Shown in pieces: positions 17,308-25,422 of a stretch of 64,000 bases of DNA. The notes under the pieces were generated by a model. The model made no database searches. It saw only the letters and a list, made by a program, of their open reading frames with translations, and was not told the origin of the DNA. Numbering within the stretch: the stretch's first letter is position 1; every line of letters starts with the position of its first letter. The position numbers and the translations under genes were made by a program. The stretch is from an uncultured Gammaproteobacteria bacterium (lineage in GTDB: Bacteria > Patescibacteriota > Microgenomatia > UBA8517): NCBI GenBank assembly GCA_964494885.1, contig CAZBTH010000001.1, positions 46,319 to 110,318 of the forward strand. The letters are read 5' to 3'.

Positions 17308-18255
17308 TTGGACATTTGGTGTATAATCACGATTATATGGAAAAGGCATTATCTGGAGATAAATCTAGAAACAAATTACTTTCACCAATTCCTCATATTG
17401 GCGGTCCGGGACCCCAAATTTGACCATATTTCTACCTTAGATATCGATAAAGACTCGAAAGATGCTGTGATACTTTGGGCAAACAGACAAGAGAGGGTAG
17501 AAAAAGCGTGGGCCACACTTGACAACTTAAGCAGAAATCCGGGTCTTCCCAAAGCCGAAGCCGAGGTTGCTAACGAGCTTGCAAACACTGCGCTAGATAA
17601 GTTTTCGGAGATTAATCGCGAAATAGCTAAAGCTTTAGAAGCGGATGGACTTGCAGAGTCTATTTTAAACATATATATAGGTTTTTTTGATCAAACAAAA
17701 GATGAGAAGACAATTATTGAAAGTGCTGAAAATGTCGGAAGTGCCAACAAGTTATTAGACCGGATAGACTTGGCATCCGCAATTTGCACCGCAATCGTTG
17801 AAACCAGGGCAAATAATCCCAAGCTGAGACAAATGCGTCAAAAGATAGCACAATCTGTTTTTGATGAAATGTGTAACCAATTTTCTCAGGATAGACTCCT
17901 ATTCAGACACAGAATTGAGGCGCAACCAACTGCGATTATCGATTCCCCAATTGTTGAAAAAAGCGAGCTCACCAGTGCGCTTTTATCTGAAGACTGGACA
18001 GGCAAGGAGAGAAAGAAAGCATTTGCAAGTTTTAATCAGGTGCATGACGGAATGTTAGCTCAGAGAGTCGACGGAACGCACATAAGAGACCTAAACAAGC
18101 TTTGGAGATGGGCAGACGAAGGCGTTCCGGAAGATGTATCTGTCTTTACAATCTTGGAAGTCGCCGACAGAGTTTATGGTGAAGCCGGTTCGGCTTTCCA
18201 GGATGTTTGGGAAGCACAAGGCGAGAGGGAGAGGGAAAGAAAATCCTCCAAGTGA
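17308..18255 (+). CDS. Hypothetical helical protein; true start uncertain, possibly frameshifted from ATG 17337
   Basis: Long ORF; the ATG after TATAAT is in another frame. Confidence 0.6.
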   Translation: MDIWCIITIIWKRHYLEINLETNYFHQFLILAVRDPKFDHISTLDIDKDSKDAVILWANRQERVEKAWATLDNLSRNPGLPKAEAEVANELANTALDKFSEINREIAKALEADGLAESILNIYIGFFDQTKDEKTIIESAENVGSANKLLDRIDLASAICTAIVETRANNPKLRQMRQKIAQSVFDEMCNQFSQDRLLFRHRIEAQPTAIIDSPIVEKSELTSALLSEDWTGKERKKAFASFNQVHDGMLAQRVDGTHIRDLNKLWRWADEGVPEDVSVFTILEVADRVYGEAGSAFQDVWEAQGERERERKSSK

Positions 18256-18270
18256 CGTTTAGAATCTCAA

Positions 18271-18798
18271 TCATTTACTTTTGTATAAACAATATCTTCC
18301 ACTTCCAATTATCCCCGCCCTTTCAAAGCCTGCTTTCTCCAAAACTTTTTGAGAGTTTATATTATTTGGATGGACGTTCCCAAAAAGAGATTCGTAACCC
18401 AAATTAGAAAAAGCATATTTAGATAAGGTTTTAACAGCCTTCCACATATAACCTTTCCCTACAAACTCACTGCCCAAATAATATCCAACCTCTGCTTTTG
18501 ACTCTCCGTTTTCATCAGGAATCAGATTAATACTTCCGACAAATTCTCCATGATCCCAAATGCCAAATCTTAGCTTATCGGGATTTTTTGGATTAGTAAT
18601 ACTATCAAACACCGACTTTTCATCAGGATATTTAGAGGCTGTTTCATCGCCAAATTGAGACAAATGTCCTCTATTTCTATCAATAAGTTCAAAGATAACC
18701 TTTGCATCGTCAGGGGTAAATTGTCTCAAGGTGATTCCAAATTCAGATGAGCGAATTTCCAAAGGATTAGTAGTTATTGAAAGATTCTGTTCAGACAT
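18271..18798 (-). CDS. GNAT N-acetyltransferase, RimJ/RimL-like
   Basis: AEVGYYLG..GKGYM, N..SQKVLEKAGF. Confidence 0.9.
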   Translation of the reverse strand: MSEQNLSITTNPLEIRSSEFGITLRQFTPDDAKVIFELIDRNRGHLSQFGDETASKYPDEKSVFDSITNPKNPDKLRFGIWDHGEFVGSINLIPDENGESKAEVGYYLGSEFVGKGYMWKAVKTLSKYAFSNLGYESLFGNVHPNNINSQKVLEKAGFERAGIIGSGRYCLYKSK

Positions 18799-18867
18799 AA
18801 CATCGATATTTTAGTTCATACCCCAGAGGAAGCTATTCTATACCAGTCCTCCAAGATTCGACCACCT

Positions 18868-18978
18868 TTACTCGCACCAAGTATGCTTGTCCTGATAAAA
18901 TACTGCTTCATATTTATCAAGTTTTTCTAAATCTTCTTTTCTAAATCTTTCCCTAGAATTAAGAATTACAATTTTCAT
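18868..18978 (-). pseudogene. Possible gene remnant or 36-aa small ORF (MKIVILNSRERF...)
   Basis: ATG 7 nt after TATAAT; N-terminus resembles an enzyme start but stops early. Confidence 0.3.
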
Positions 18979-19024
18979 TTTTTAGATTATACAACTTTCA
19001 GATGAATAGAACTGCCACTAGCGC

Positions 19025-19054
19025 TGAATATCATATATCGATATATGATATTCA
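19025..19054. repeat. 30-bp perfect palindrome (copy 1 of 3)
   Basis: TGAATATCATATATCGATATATGATATTCA. Confidence 0.9.
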
Positions 19055-19095
19055 TTGGTTAAATGACTTTAATTAAAAATTGGTGAAATTTTATC

Positions 19096-19233
19096 ATCAA
19101 AGCAGAAAACCGCTTGCGTTAGCAAGTGGATGAATGCTTTTAAGCGAGTCGTTTAACGACGAGCGACAGATTCACAGGCTTTGATGTGAATCTGAATGAG
19201 AAGAAACTACCAGTGTAAGCTGGTAGATATTCA
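19096..19233. mobile_element. Probable non-autonomous IS200/IS605-derived miniature element
   Basis: End-like hairpins AAACCGCTTGCGTTAGCAAGTGGATGAATGC and GAAACTACCAGTGTAAGCTGGTAGATATTCA, with internal hairpins and no transposase. Confidence 0.5.
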
Positions 19234-19488
19234 TTTTTTAAGCCACCAGGACTTGAGGATGCCAAGAGAGAAAGTCGAAACTAAATAGGCAACCGTGGGG
19301 ATAATGGCCGAAAGAAACGGATTGGAGACTCCGATCACAACAAACAGTATTGAAACTAAAATATAAGTGAAGATTGAAATAAAAATCCTACGGGTCCAGC
19401 TTGTTTCCCAAGCCTTGTCTCCTTCTACACGCATATTTCTCGCTTTTATTTTCTCTATCTCTTTTTCCAGATTTTCAATCGTTGCCAT
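19231..19488 (-). CDS. Small membrane protein
   Basis: Coiled N-terminus RN.RVE.DKAWETSWTRR, then two TM helices. Confidence 0.8.
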   Translation of the reverse strand: MATIENLEKEIEKIKARNMRVEGDKAWETSWTRRIFISIFTYILVSILFVVIGVSNPFLSAIIPTVAYLVSTFSLGILKSWWLKK

Positions 19489-19535
19489 ATGCTTATTTTA
19501 TCACGAAGATTTAGTAAACGCCCACTCTCTTTTCG

Positions 19536-19557
19536 TATCATATATCGATATATGATA
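19536..19557. repeat. Palindrome copy 2, just downstream of the TrpR-like gene
   Basis: TATCATATATCGATATATGATA. Confidence 0.9.
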
Positions 19558-19560
19558 GTC

Positions 19561-19992
19561 TTAACGAAGTTGACCTTTATGAAAGTCTTTCTTGAATAAA
19601 TCTGGAACCCTGCCCGAGCCGGCTTTAATGGCGTAGTCAAGAATATTAAACAAAATTTCTTTAACTGTGTTGTTTCTCCTTTGTTTTTCCAGTTTATCGA
19701 ATATGACATCGAAACCTTCCTGATGCGTCAGGATCCAAAGTTTTAATCTTGCAACAGTGGCCGGAGTTAGTTTTAAAAGGTCTTGTATCTTTATCGAATC
19801 AATATTATGTCTAAGAAGAAAGGCAGCAACCACTCTTTTGGCAATCATAAGCCTTTCGGTTTCTGACAGAACGGAGGTTAGGAACTTTTCGGTATCGGAA
19901 ATATTATTCAGATCCTTAAGGAGGAAGGTCAGCGAGTCGAGTGTATACTTTTGTATCTTGGGCTCTATTTTCCTTTTAGAAACATGCGGCAT
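19561..19992 (-). CDS. TrpR-like (YerC/YecD) HTH protein
   Basis: FL..VLSETERLMIAKRV...I...LKLTPATVAR pattern. Confidence 0.85.
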   Translation of the reverse strand: MPHVSKRKIEPKIQKYTLDSLTFLLKDLNNISDTEKFLTSVLSETERLMIAKRVVAAFLLRHNIDSIKIQDLLKLTPATVARLKLWILTHQEGFDVIFDKLEKQRRNNTVKEILFNILDYAIKAGSGRVPDLFKKDFHKGQLR

Positions 19993-19997
19993 ACCTA

Positions 19998-20026
19998 ACT
20001 ATCATATATCGATATATGATAGTCAA
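19998..20026 (-). promoter_or_regulatory. Palindrome copy 3 overlapping the probable promoter of the TrpR-like gene
   Basis: TTGACT-N17-GATAGT, with ACTATCATATATCGATATATGATAGT covering the spacer; ATG 5 nt downstream. Confidence 0.65.
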
Positions 20027-20979
20027 GACCGTGGGGTTGAGACAACACTCTTGATTTCTTCAAAACTCGTGGCCTCCATCAGTTTTTGTCTGAGTATGCT
20101 TGCCCCATTAAAATTATTGATATACATTTTGAAAAATTTCTTGATTATGGCAAAGTTTTTGGTTTCTCCCCAAGTTTTTTCAAATAGATCGATATGTTTT
20201 AACAAAAGGTCAATATAATCCTGCCTTACCCCTCGAAGCTTTAGCGAAGTGGGGTTGAATACCCAAGGGTTTGTAAAAATTCCACGCCCTATCATTACCC
20301 CATCCACTCCGTACTTTTCAGACAGAACAACAACCTCATCATAGCTTTTAACATCACCGTTTCCGATAATAACAGTCTCGGGAGAAATTTCATTTTTGAT
20401 TTTTACAATTTCACCTATTTCGTTCCAATCTGCGGGGGAAGCGGACATTTGTTTGGCGGTTCTCGCGTGAATAGTTAGTGTCGCAATATTTTGTTTTAGG
20501 AGAAACGTACACCATTCGCGCGCAATATTTTCGTTTTTACCGAGCCGAGTTTTGACACTAACGGGTATTTTTCCCGCCCCTTTTTTAACCGATTTTATAA
20601 TTTCACCCGATAAATCATAATTACCAATAAGTCCCGCTCCTGCCCCTCGTTTCATCACCTCCCGAACCGGACAGCCCATATTTATATCAATTCCGTCAAA
20701 GCCAAGGTCTGCAACAATCCCAGCCGCTTTTTCCATTAACACCGGATCTTTCCCCCAAATCTGGGCAACAATTGGATGCTGATCTGGAGTAAAAGTTAAT
20801 TTACGGAGAGGAACTCCGTGCGAATTGTACACAAGTCCATCCGCGCTCGTAAACTCAGTGAAGAAGACATCAGGCCTTCCCGCTTCCATTACAACCTGCC
20901 TAAAAACATTATCAGTAACATCGTCCATCGGGGCCAAAACCGTGAAAGGTTTGGGTAGTTTTTGCCAAAAATTATTCAT
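20023..20979 (-). CDS. dus: tRNA-dihydrouridine synthase
   Basis: LAPM..VTD, IDINMGCP, VSVKTRLG, TIHART, GNGDV, GVMIGRG. Confidence 0.95.
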   Translation of the reverse strand: MNNFWQKLPKPFTVLAPMDDVTDNVFRQVVMEAGRPDVFFTEFTSADGLVYNSHGVPLRKLTFTPDQHPIVAQIWGKDPVLMEKAAGIVADLGFDGIDINMGCPVREVMKRGAGAGLIGNYDLSGEIIKSVKKGAGKIPVSVKTRLGKNENIAREWCTFLLKQNIATLTIHARTAKQMSASPADWNEIGEIVKIKNEISPETVIIGNGDVKSYDEVVVLSEKYGVDGVMIGRGIFTNPWVFNPTSLKLRGVRQDYIDLLLKHIDLFEKTWGETKNFAIIKKFFKMYINNFNGASILRQKLMEATSFEEIKSVVSTPRS

Positions 20980-22042
20980 TTTCTCCGCTCCCCAACTCCA
21001 AACTTTTTATTTCGGGCAAACTCTTGCCGATTACTCCCTGCAGGTCCCCATACATCCCGTGAGTGTGATCTATGACTTTCCTTATTTCTTTTTCCTGTCT
21101 GGCCCATTTAACATTAAAGTATCTTTTTTCTTTTTCCAATTCTTCCTGCAAGTTGCTGAATGCATCCACAATTCCTTCGACTCTGTTTTTAAACTCTGTC
21201 CCCGTCAAATATTGATAAAGAATTTTCATTTTCTCGTCTTTGCCTTCACTTGAAGCCCTTTCGTGGAACAAACTCACCAAATTAAAACGTAGGGACCAGG
21301 AAAGTGGAATAAAATGTTTCCAGCTTACTATCCAAACTCCGTCACGATAAGCAAAACTGTCCACACCCTCGGGTAAGTTAACCGTAACTAAAACCGCCAA
21401 ATCAGCCTTGGCTTGGCGTTGGTCTTCTTTTAATTTGGAAATCCAGCCATTGCTCCATTCGGCATTTTTGCTTTCCCAAAGTATTTTTCCACAAGACCTG
21501 CCTAACTTATCCACCACTTCCTGCTCTACATCCGCCCCGCGTTGACCCTTTTTAACTTCTAAAATTCTATCTGTTGGAAATTCTTCTCTAAGTTTTGACT
21601 CAAGTTCGAGCTCCAAAGTTTCTCCCTGTGTTTGCTGCGAACCCTGTTGAATTTTAGTTTTTAAAGATTCTATCTGATCCAGGGCTTCACGAAGCTTGTT
21701 GTCCTTTTCCAAGTCTTTTAATTTATGCTCCTCTTCTGTTTTTTGTCGGACTTCCACTTTGATTTTCTCTTCCTCCTCCATTAGCTTCTTCTTCATTTGA
21801 ATTTCGCGCTCTTCATCTTTTTCTCTAAGTTTCTTAATCTCATCAAGCAGTTCAGATATTTGATTTGTAAGTTTTTCAACCCGCGCTTTTGATTCTTCTT
21901 CGCTCTTCCTTTTTACATTTTCCAGTTCTTCTTTATGCTTTGCTAATAAAGTTTGACTGACCCGCTCTTCAATTTCATGCTTCAGAGCTTCCGTAGCTTC
22001 AAATTCTTTGCCGCAATGCGGACATTTAATAACATTTTTCAT
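20972..22042 (-). CDS. DUF2130 coiled-coil protein
   Basis: IKCPHCG, GSQQTQGE.LE, FP.D.I.EV.KG..GAD, ILWESK. Confidence 0.88.
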   Translation of the reverse strand: MKNVIKCPHCGKEFEATEALKHEIEERVSQTLLAKHKEELENVKRKSEEESKARVEKLTNQISELLDEIKKLREKDEEREIQMKKKLMEEEEKIKVEVRQKTEEEHKLKDLEKDNKLREALDQIESLKTKIQQGSQQTQGETLELELESKLREEFPTDRILEVKKGQRGADVEQEVVDKLGRSCGKILWESKNAEWSNGWISKLKEDQRQAKADLAVLVTVNLPEGVDSFAYRDGVWIVSWKHFIPLSWSLRFNLVSLFHERASSEGKDEKMKILYQYLTGTEFKNRVEGIVDAFSNLQEELEKEKRYFNVKWARQEKEIRKVIDHTHGMYGDLQGVIGKSLPEIKSLELGSGENE

Positions 22043-22084
22043 ATTTTATCTTCCCATTTTACTACAATGATATATAATTAACTT

Positions 22085-22432
22085 GTGAAATTCAGTATTA
22101 GACTTTTATATCTTTACCTTTTTTCTTTTATTGGTCTCCTTATAGCCGTAATAGGAACAATCAGATTGATTCAACTCGGGATTAAGGTATATATTTTCAA
22201 GGGAGCAGATGTCTATATTTCATATCCGATTTCTGTGGGCCCGGACGGCAAAGGTGTTGAATTATCCCAAGTTGACAAAGAGTTACAACAACGAACTCAA
22301 AATGAAGAAAATAGACGCCAAAGACAAAGAGAGGTATCGGAAGCTTTTGCTATGTTGCTTGTTGGAATTCCCCTATACAAATACCACTGGAATATTATTC
22401 AAAAAGAAGGCAAGAAGTCATCGACTTCGTAA
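22085..22432 (+). CDS. Membrane protein, DUF5671-like
   Basis: IRLLYLYLFSFIGL..VGIPLYKYHW. Confidence 0.75.
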   Translation: MKFSIRLLYLYLFSFIGLLIAVIGTIRLIQLGIKVYIFKGADVYISYPISVGPDGKGVELSQVDKELQQRTQNEENRRQRQREVSEAFAMLLVGIPLYKYHWNIIQKEGKKSSTS

Positions 22433-23323
22433 CAGTTTTTTAAACTGCTCCAAACTTTTGTAGTCGTGAATGGAAACCGGCAAAATTTTATTCACCAATT
22501 TACTTAATTTTTTAACTAATTTTTGTACATCTTCAGTCTTAACCAAATCAGTTTTTGTCAAAATAATTATTTCGGGTTTTTTAGTAAGATCGAACCCAAA
22601 TTTGTCAAGCTCGCCTCTGACGGTTTCGTAATCCTTTAAAACATCGCCAGATTCGCAGGAAATACAATGAAGCAAAACTGAAACTTTTTCTATGTGCTTT
22701 AAAAAACCGATTCCCAACCCCTTGCCACTGGAAGCTCCCTCAATCAGACCGGGAATATCTGCAAGGCATTTATCCTCAAAAACTCCCAGGTTGGGTTCAA
22801 GTGTAGTAAATGGGTAATTCGCGGTTTCCGCTTTTGCGTTAGTCAATTCATTCAAAAGACTGCTTTTACCAGCATTTGGCAACCCGATTAACCCGAAATC
22901 GGCGATAAGTTTGAGGGATAGAATTACTTTTTTCTCTTCGCCACGTGTACCGGGTGTACCGGTAGTACCCCCAAATCCACCACGCCCCCCACGGCATATT
23001 AAAATCCGTTCATCCGGTTTTGTTAATTCTAATATAACTTTGCCGGTGTCTTTTTCGATAACACTTGTACCTGCAGGGAGCAGGATTTCAATATCACTGC
23101 CCTGTTTACCGCTTCTATTGTTTTTGCCTCCCATACTTCCGTTTTCAGCAATAAAAAGATCTTTTTCACTAAATTGGTTTAAAAGATTGATATTTGATGA
23201 GGTTTTGATAAAAACGCTACCCCCATTACCTCCGTTCCCTCCGTCGGGGCCTTTAAACTTGTTAGGCATACCATGTCCGCCGTGCCCACCCCTAATTGTA
23301 ATTTCAGCTCTGTCTATTAGCAT
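22418..23323 (-). CDS. obgE: GTPase ObgE/CgtA, compact form
   Basis: Gly-rich Obg fold, GLPNAGKS, YPFTTLEPNLG, DIPGLIEGA, TKTD. Confidence 0.93.
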   Translation of the reverse strand: MLIDRAEITIRGGHGGHGMPNKFKGPDGGNGGNGGSVFIKTSSNINLLNQFSEKDLFIAENGSMGGKNNRSGKQGSDIEILLPAGTSVIEKDTGKVILELTKPDERILICRGGRGGFGGTTGTPGTRGEEKKVILSLKLIADFGLIGLPNAGKSSLLNELTNAKAETANYPFTTLEPNLGVFEDKCLADIPGLIEGASSGKGLGIGFLKHIEKVSVLLHCISCESGDVLKDYETVRGELDKFGFDLTKKPEIIILTKTDLVKTEDVQKLVKKLSKLVNKILPVSIHDYKSLEQFKKLLRSR

Positions 23324-23353
23324 ACTTGTATTATATTCTTTCTTGAGTGTATT

Positions 23354-24397
23354 ATGTTCTTTATGTTGGATTTTCCTGCCGGGAAGAAATTAGCCTTCGC
23401 CTACAATGTTAGGCACGCATATCCCGATCCCGATAAACCTTCAACTTTTAATGAGGCGGATTTTGACGACCAGGTGACAATCGATGCAATCATTGGACAC
23501 CTTAAAAATATAGGGCTGGATATAATGCCACTCGAGGCAAACCTGGATGCTGAAGCATTTTTGTCTAAAAATAAATCGCAGATAGGTTTTGTGTTGAATT
23601 ATTCCGAGGAAGTGTTTGCTTCTGTTCCAAAAACCTACATGGCCGAAGTTTTAGAAAGAGTCGGCCTACCTTTTTCCGGATGTTCCTTTAAAACCCAAAA
23701 AATAATTATCAACAAAGGAGAAATGAAAAGATTAATGCTAATCGAAAACATTTCAACGCTTCCCTACCAAGTTTTTGAAAGCACGGAGGAAATGTTGCAC
23801 GAACGACTTAAATATCCTCTAATCGTCAAGCCCATTGCCCGCGGGTCTTCTGCCGGGATAACAAATAAAAGTGTAGTTAACACTCGAGAAGAGCTGGCAG
23901 AACAGGTGAAATTTATTCTGGAAACTTTTAACGAGCCGGCACTTATCGAACCGTTTATAAACGGACGAGAATTTTCGGTTGGGATGTTGGGAAACCCGCC
24001 TGAATTTTTTCCTATAATCGAGCCCAGACACGATAAAATCCCTAAAGGGTATCACCACATAGATTCGATGGAGGTCAAATGGAGGCTTGAGGATGAACTT
24101 GGAATCAATTACTTTAATTTACCCGCCAAGGTTGACAATGAATTAAAGTCTAGAATTGAAAATTTGTGCATTCAAACTTGGAAGGCTTTGGAAATCCGTG
24201 ATTTTTGTAGAATCGATCTTCGAATAGATGAAAAGGGTGGAAATGTGTATGTTTTGGATGTTAATTCTCCTCCGGGTCTGGTCCCACCGGAAATCACAGC
24301 AACATCATACTTCCCAGCCGCAGCTAAAGTAAAGGGTTATGAGTATGAGATCCTTTTGTTTAAAATTGTTGAAACTGGTCTAAAAAGATATCAATGA
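23354..24397 (+). CDS. D-Ala-D-Ala ligase-like ATP-grasp protein
   Basis: PLIVKP..GSSAGI, E.FI.GREFSV, RIDLR, LDVNSPPG. Confidence 0.85.
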   Translation: MFFMLDFPAGKKLAFAYNVRHAYPDPDKPSTFNEADFDDQVTIDAIIGHLKNIGLDIMPLEANLDAEAFLSKNKSQIGFVLNYSEEVFASVPKTYMAEVLERVGLPFSGCSFKTQKIIINKGEMKRLMLIENISTLPYQVFESTEEMLHERLKYPLIVKPIARGSSAGITNKSVVNTREELAEQVKFILETFNEPALIEPFINGREFSVGMLGNPPEFFPIIEPRHDKIPKGYHHIDSMEVKWRLEDELGINYFNLPAKVDNELKSRIENLCIQTWKALEIRDFCRIDLRIDEKGGNVYVLDVNSPPGLVPPEITATSYFPAAAKVKGYEYEILLFKIVETGLKRYQ

Positions 24398-24528
24398 TCA
24401 TCAAAAGAAAAGAAGGGTACTACGTTATCGGCAGAACTTCAAAAAAGCACTTAGGCGGACCGTACAAAAAAAGAGAGGATGCTGTAAACAGGTTGCGACA
24501 AGTGGAGTATTTCAAAAAATCCCGTTAA
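24394..24528 (+). CDS. 44-aa basic small protein, not in the ORF track
   Basis: MIIKRKEGYYVIGRTSKKHLGGPYKKREDAVNRLRQVEYFKKSR; ATGA overlap with the upstream stop. Confidence 0.75.
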   Translation: MIIKRKEGYYVIGRTSKKHLGGPYKKREDAVNRLRQVEYFKKSR

Positions 24529-24551
24529 CCAGATATGTGTTATGCTCAAGT

Positions 24552-25244
24552 ATGAAATTAAAACTTGTTGAAAAAAAGGAAGAAGCTAAAGGAACGGTTT
24601 CTTTTTTTTGGGAACCAGAAAAACCTGTGAATTTCCTGGCGGGACAGTATTATTATTTCACAATTCCAAATTTGAAATATCCGGATTCGAGAGGAACAAC
24701 CAGACACTTTACAATTTCTTCTTCTCCGACTGAAGGAGATCTTCTAAGGATTACAACAAGAATTAGAGAAGAGTTGGGGTACAAAAAAACACTTAACGAA
24801 CTTCCTATCGGTGCTGAAATCGAAGGAGAGGGTCCCAATGGAACTTTTATTTTTGATGAAAAGGACATGGGGCAACAGGTGTTCATTGCGGGAGGAATCG
24901 GGATCACTCCATTTAGGAGCATGGTTAAATACGCCTTAGATAAGAATATACGAACTCCTATTTATTTAATTTATTCAAATTCCGATAGCCAATTCGTTTT
25001 TAAAGATGAATTCGACAAATGGTCAAGTCAAAATGATTACTTCAAAGTTTCGTATTTCGATTCGTCCGTATCCGGCCACATCGATAGTGCAAAATTGCAG
25101 CCCCTACTTACTACATACGACATACAACATACAACTTTTTGGTTAGCCGGCCCACCCCCAATGATTGACGCTATGGAACAGGTTTTGGGTAAACTTAAGA
25201 TTACCTCCGACAAAGTCCACTCCGAAAAATTCACGGGGTATTAA
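24552..25244 (+). CDS. FAD/NAD(P)-binding oxidoreductase (FNR-like)
   Basis: RHFTISSSP, GPNGTF, AGGIGITPF, GPPPM, EKFTGY. Confidence 0.9.
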   Translation: MKLKLVEKKEEAKGTVSFFWEPEKPVNFLAGQYYYFTIPNLKYPDSRGTTRHFTISSSPTEGDLLRITTRIREELGYKKTLNELPIGAEIEGEGPNGTFIFDEKDMGQQVFIAGGIGITPFRSMVKYALDKNIRTPIYLIYSNSDSQFVFKDEFDKWSSQNDYFKVSYFDSSVSGHIDSAKLQPLLTTYDIQHTTFWLAGPPPMIDAMEQVLGKLKITSDKVHSEKFTGY

Positions 25245-25311
25245 AGCTTCTCACCACTTGTGTTGTATAATCATGACAAGCCGGGCGGTATCGCCTGCCC
25301 GCAGAGCCTAC

Positions 25312-25383
25312 GCCAGTGTAGCTCAATGGTAGAGCAATCCCATCGTAAGGGAAAGGTTAGAGGTTCAAGTCCCCTCACTGGCT
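25312..25383 (+). tRNA. tRNA-Thr(CGT)
   Basis: GCCAGTG/CACTGGC, anticodon loop AT-CGT-AA, T-loop TTCAAGT. Confidence 0.9.
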
Positions 25384-25422
25384 CATGCGTTGGCGGGCGG
25401 GTAAACCGCAGTTACTAAAATC

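Noticed and set aside
15141-20022. Prophage or integrative element at tRNA-Gly
   Set aside because: No integrase, phage genes or duplicated tRNA 3' end seen.
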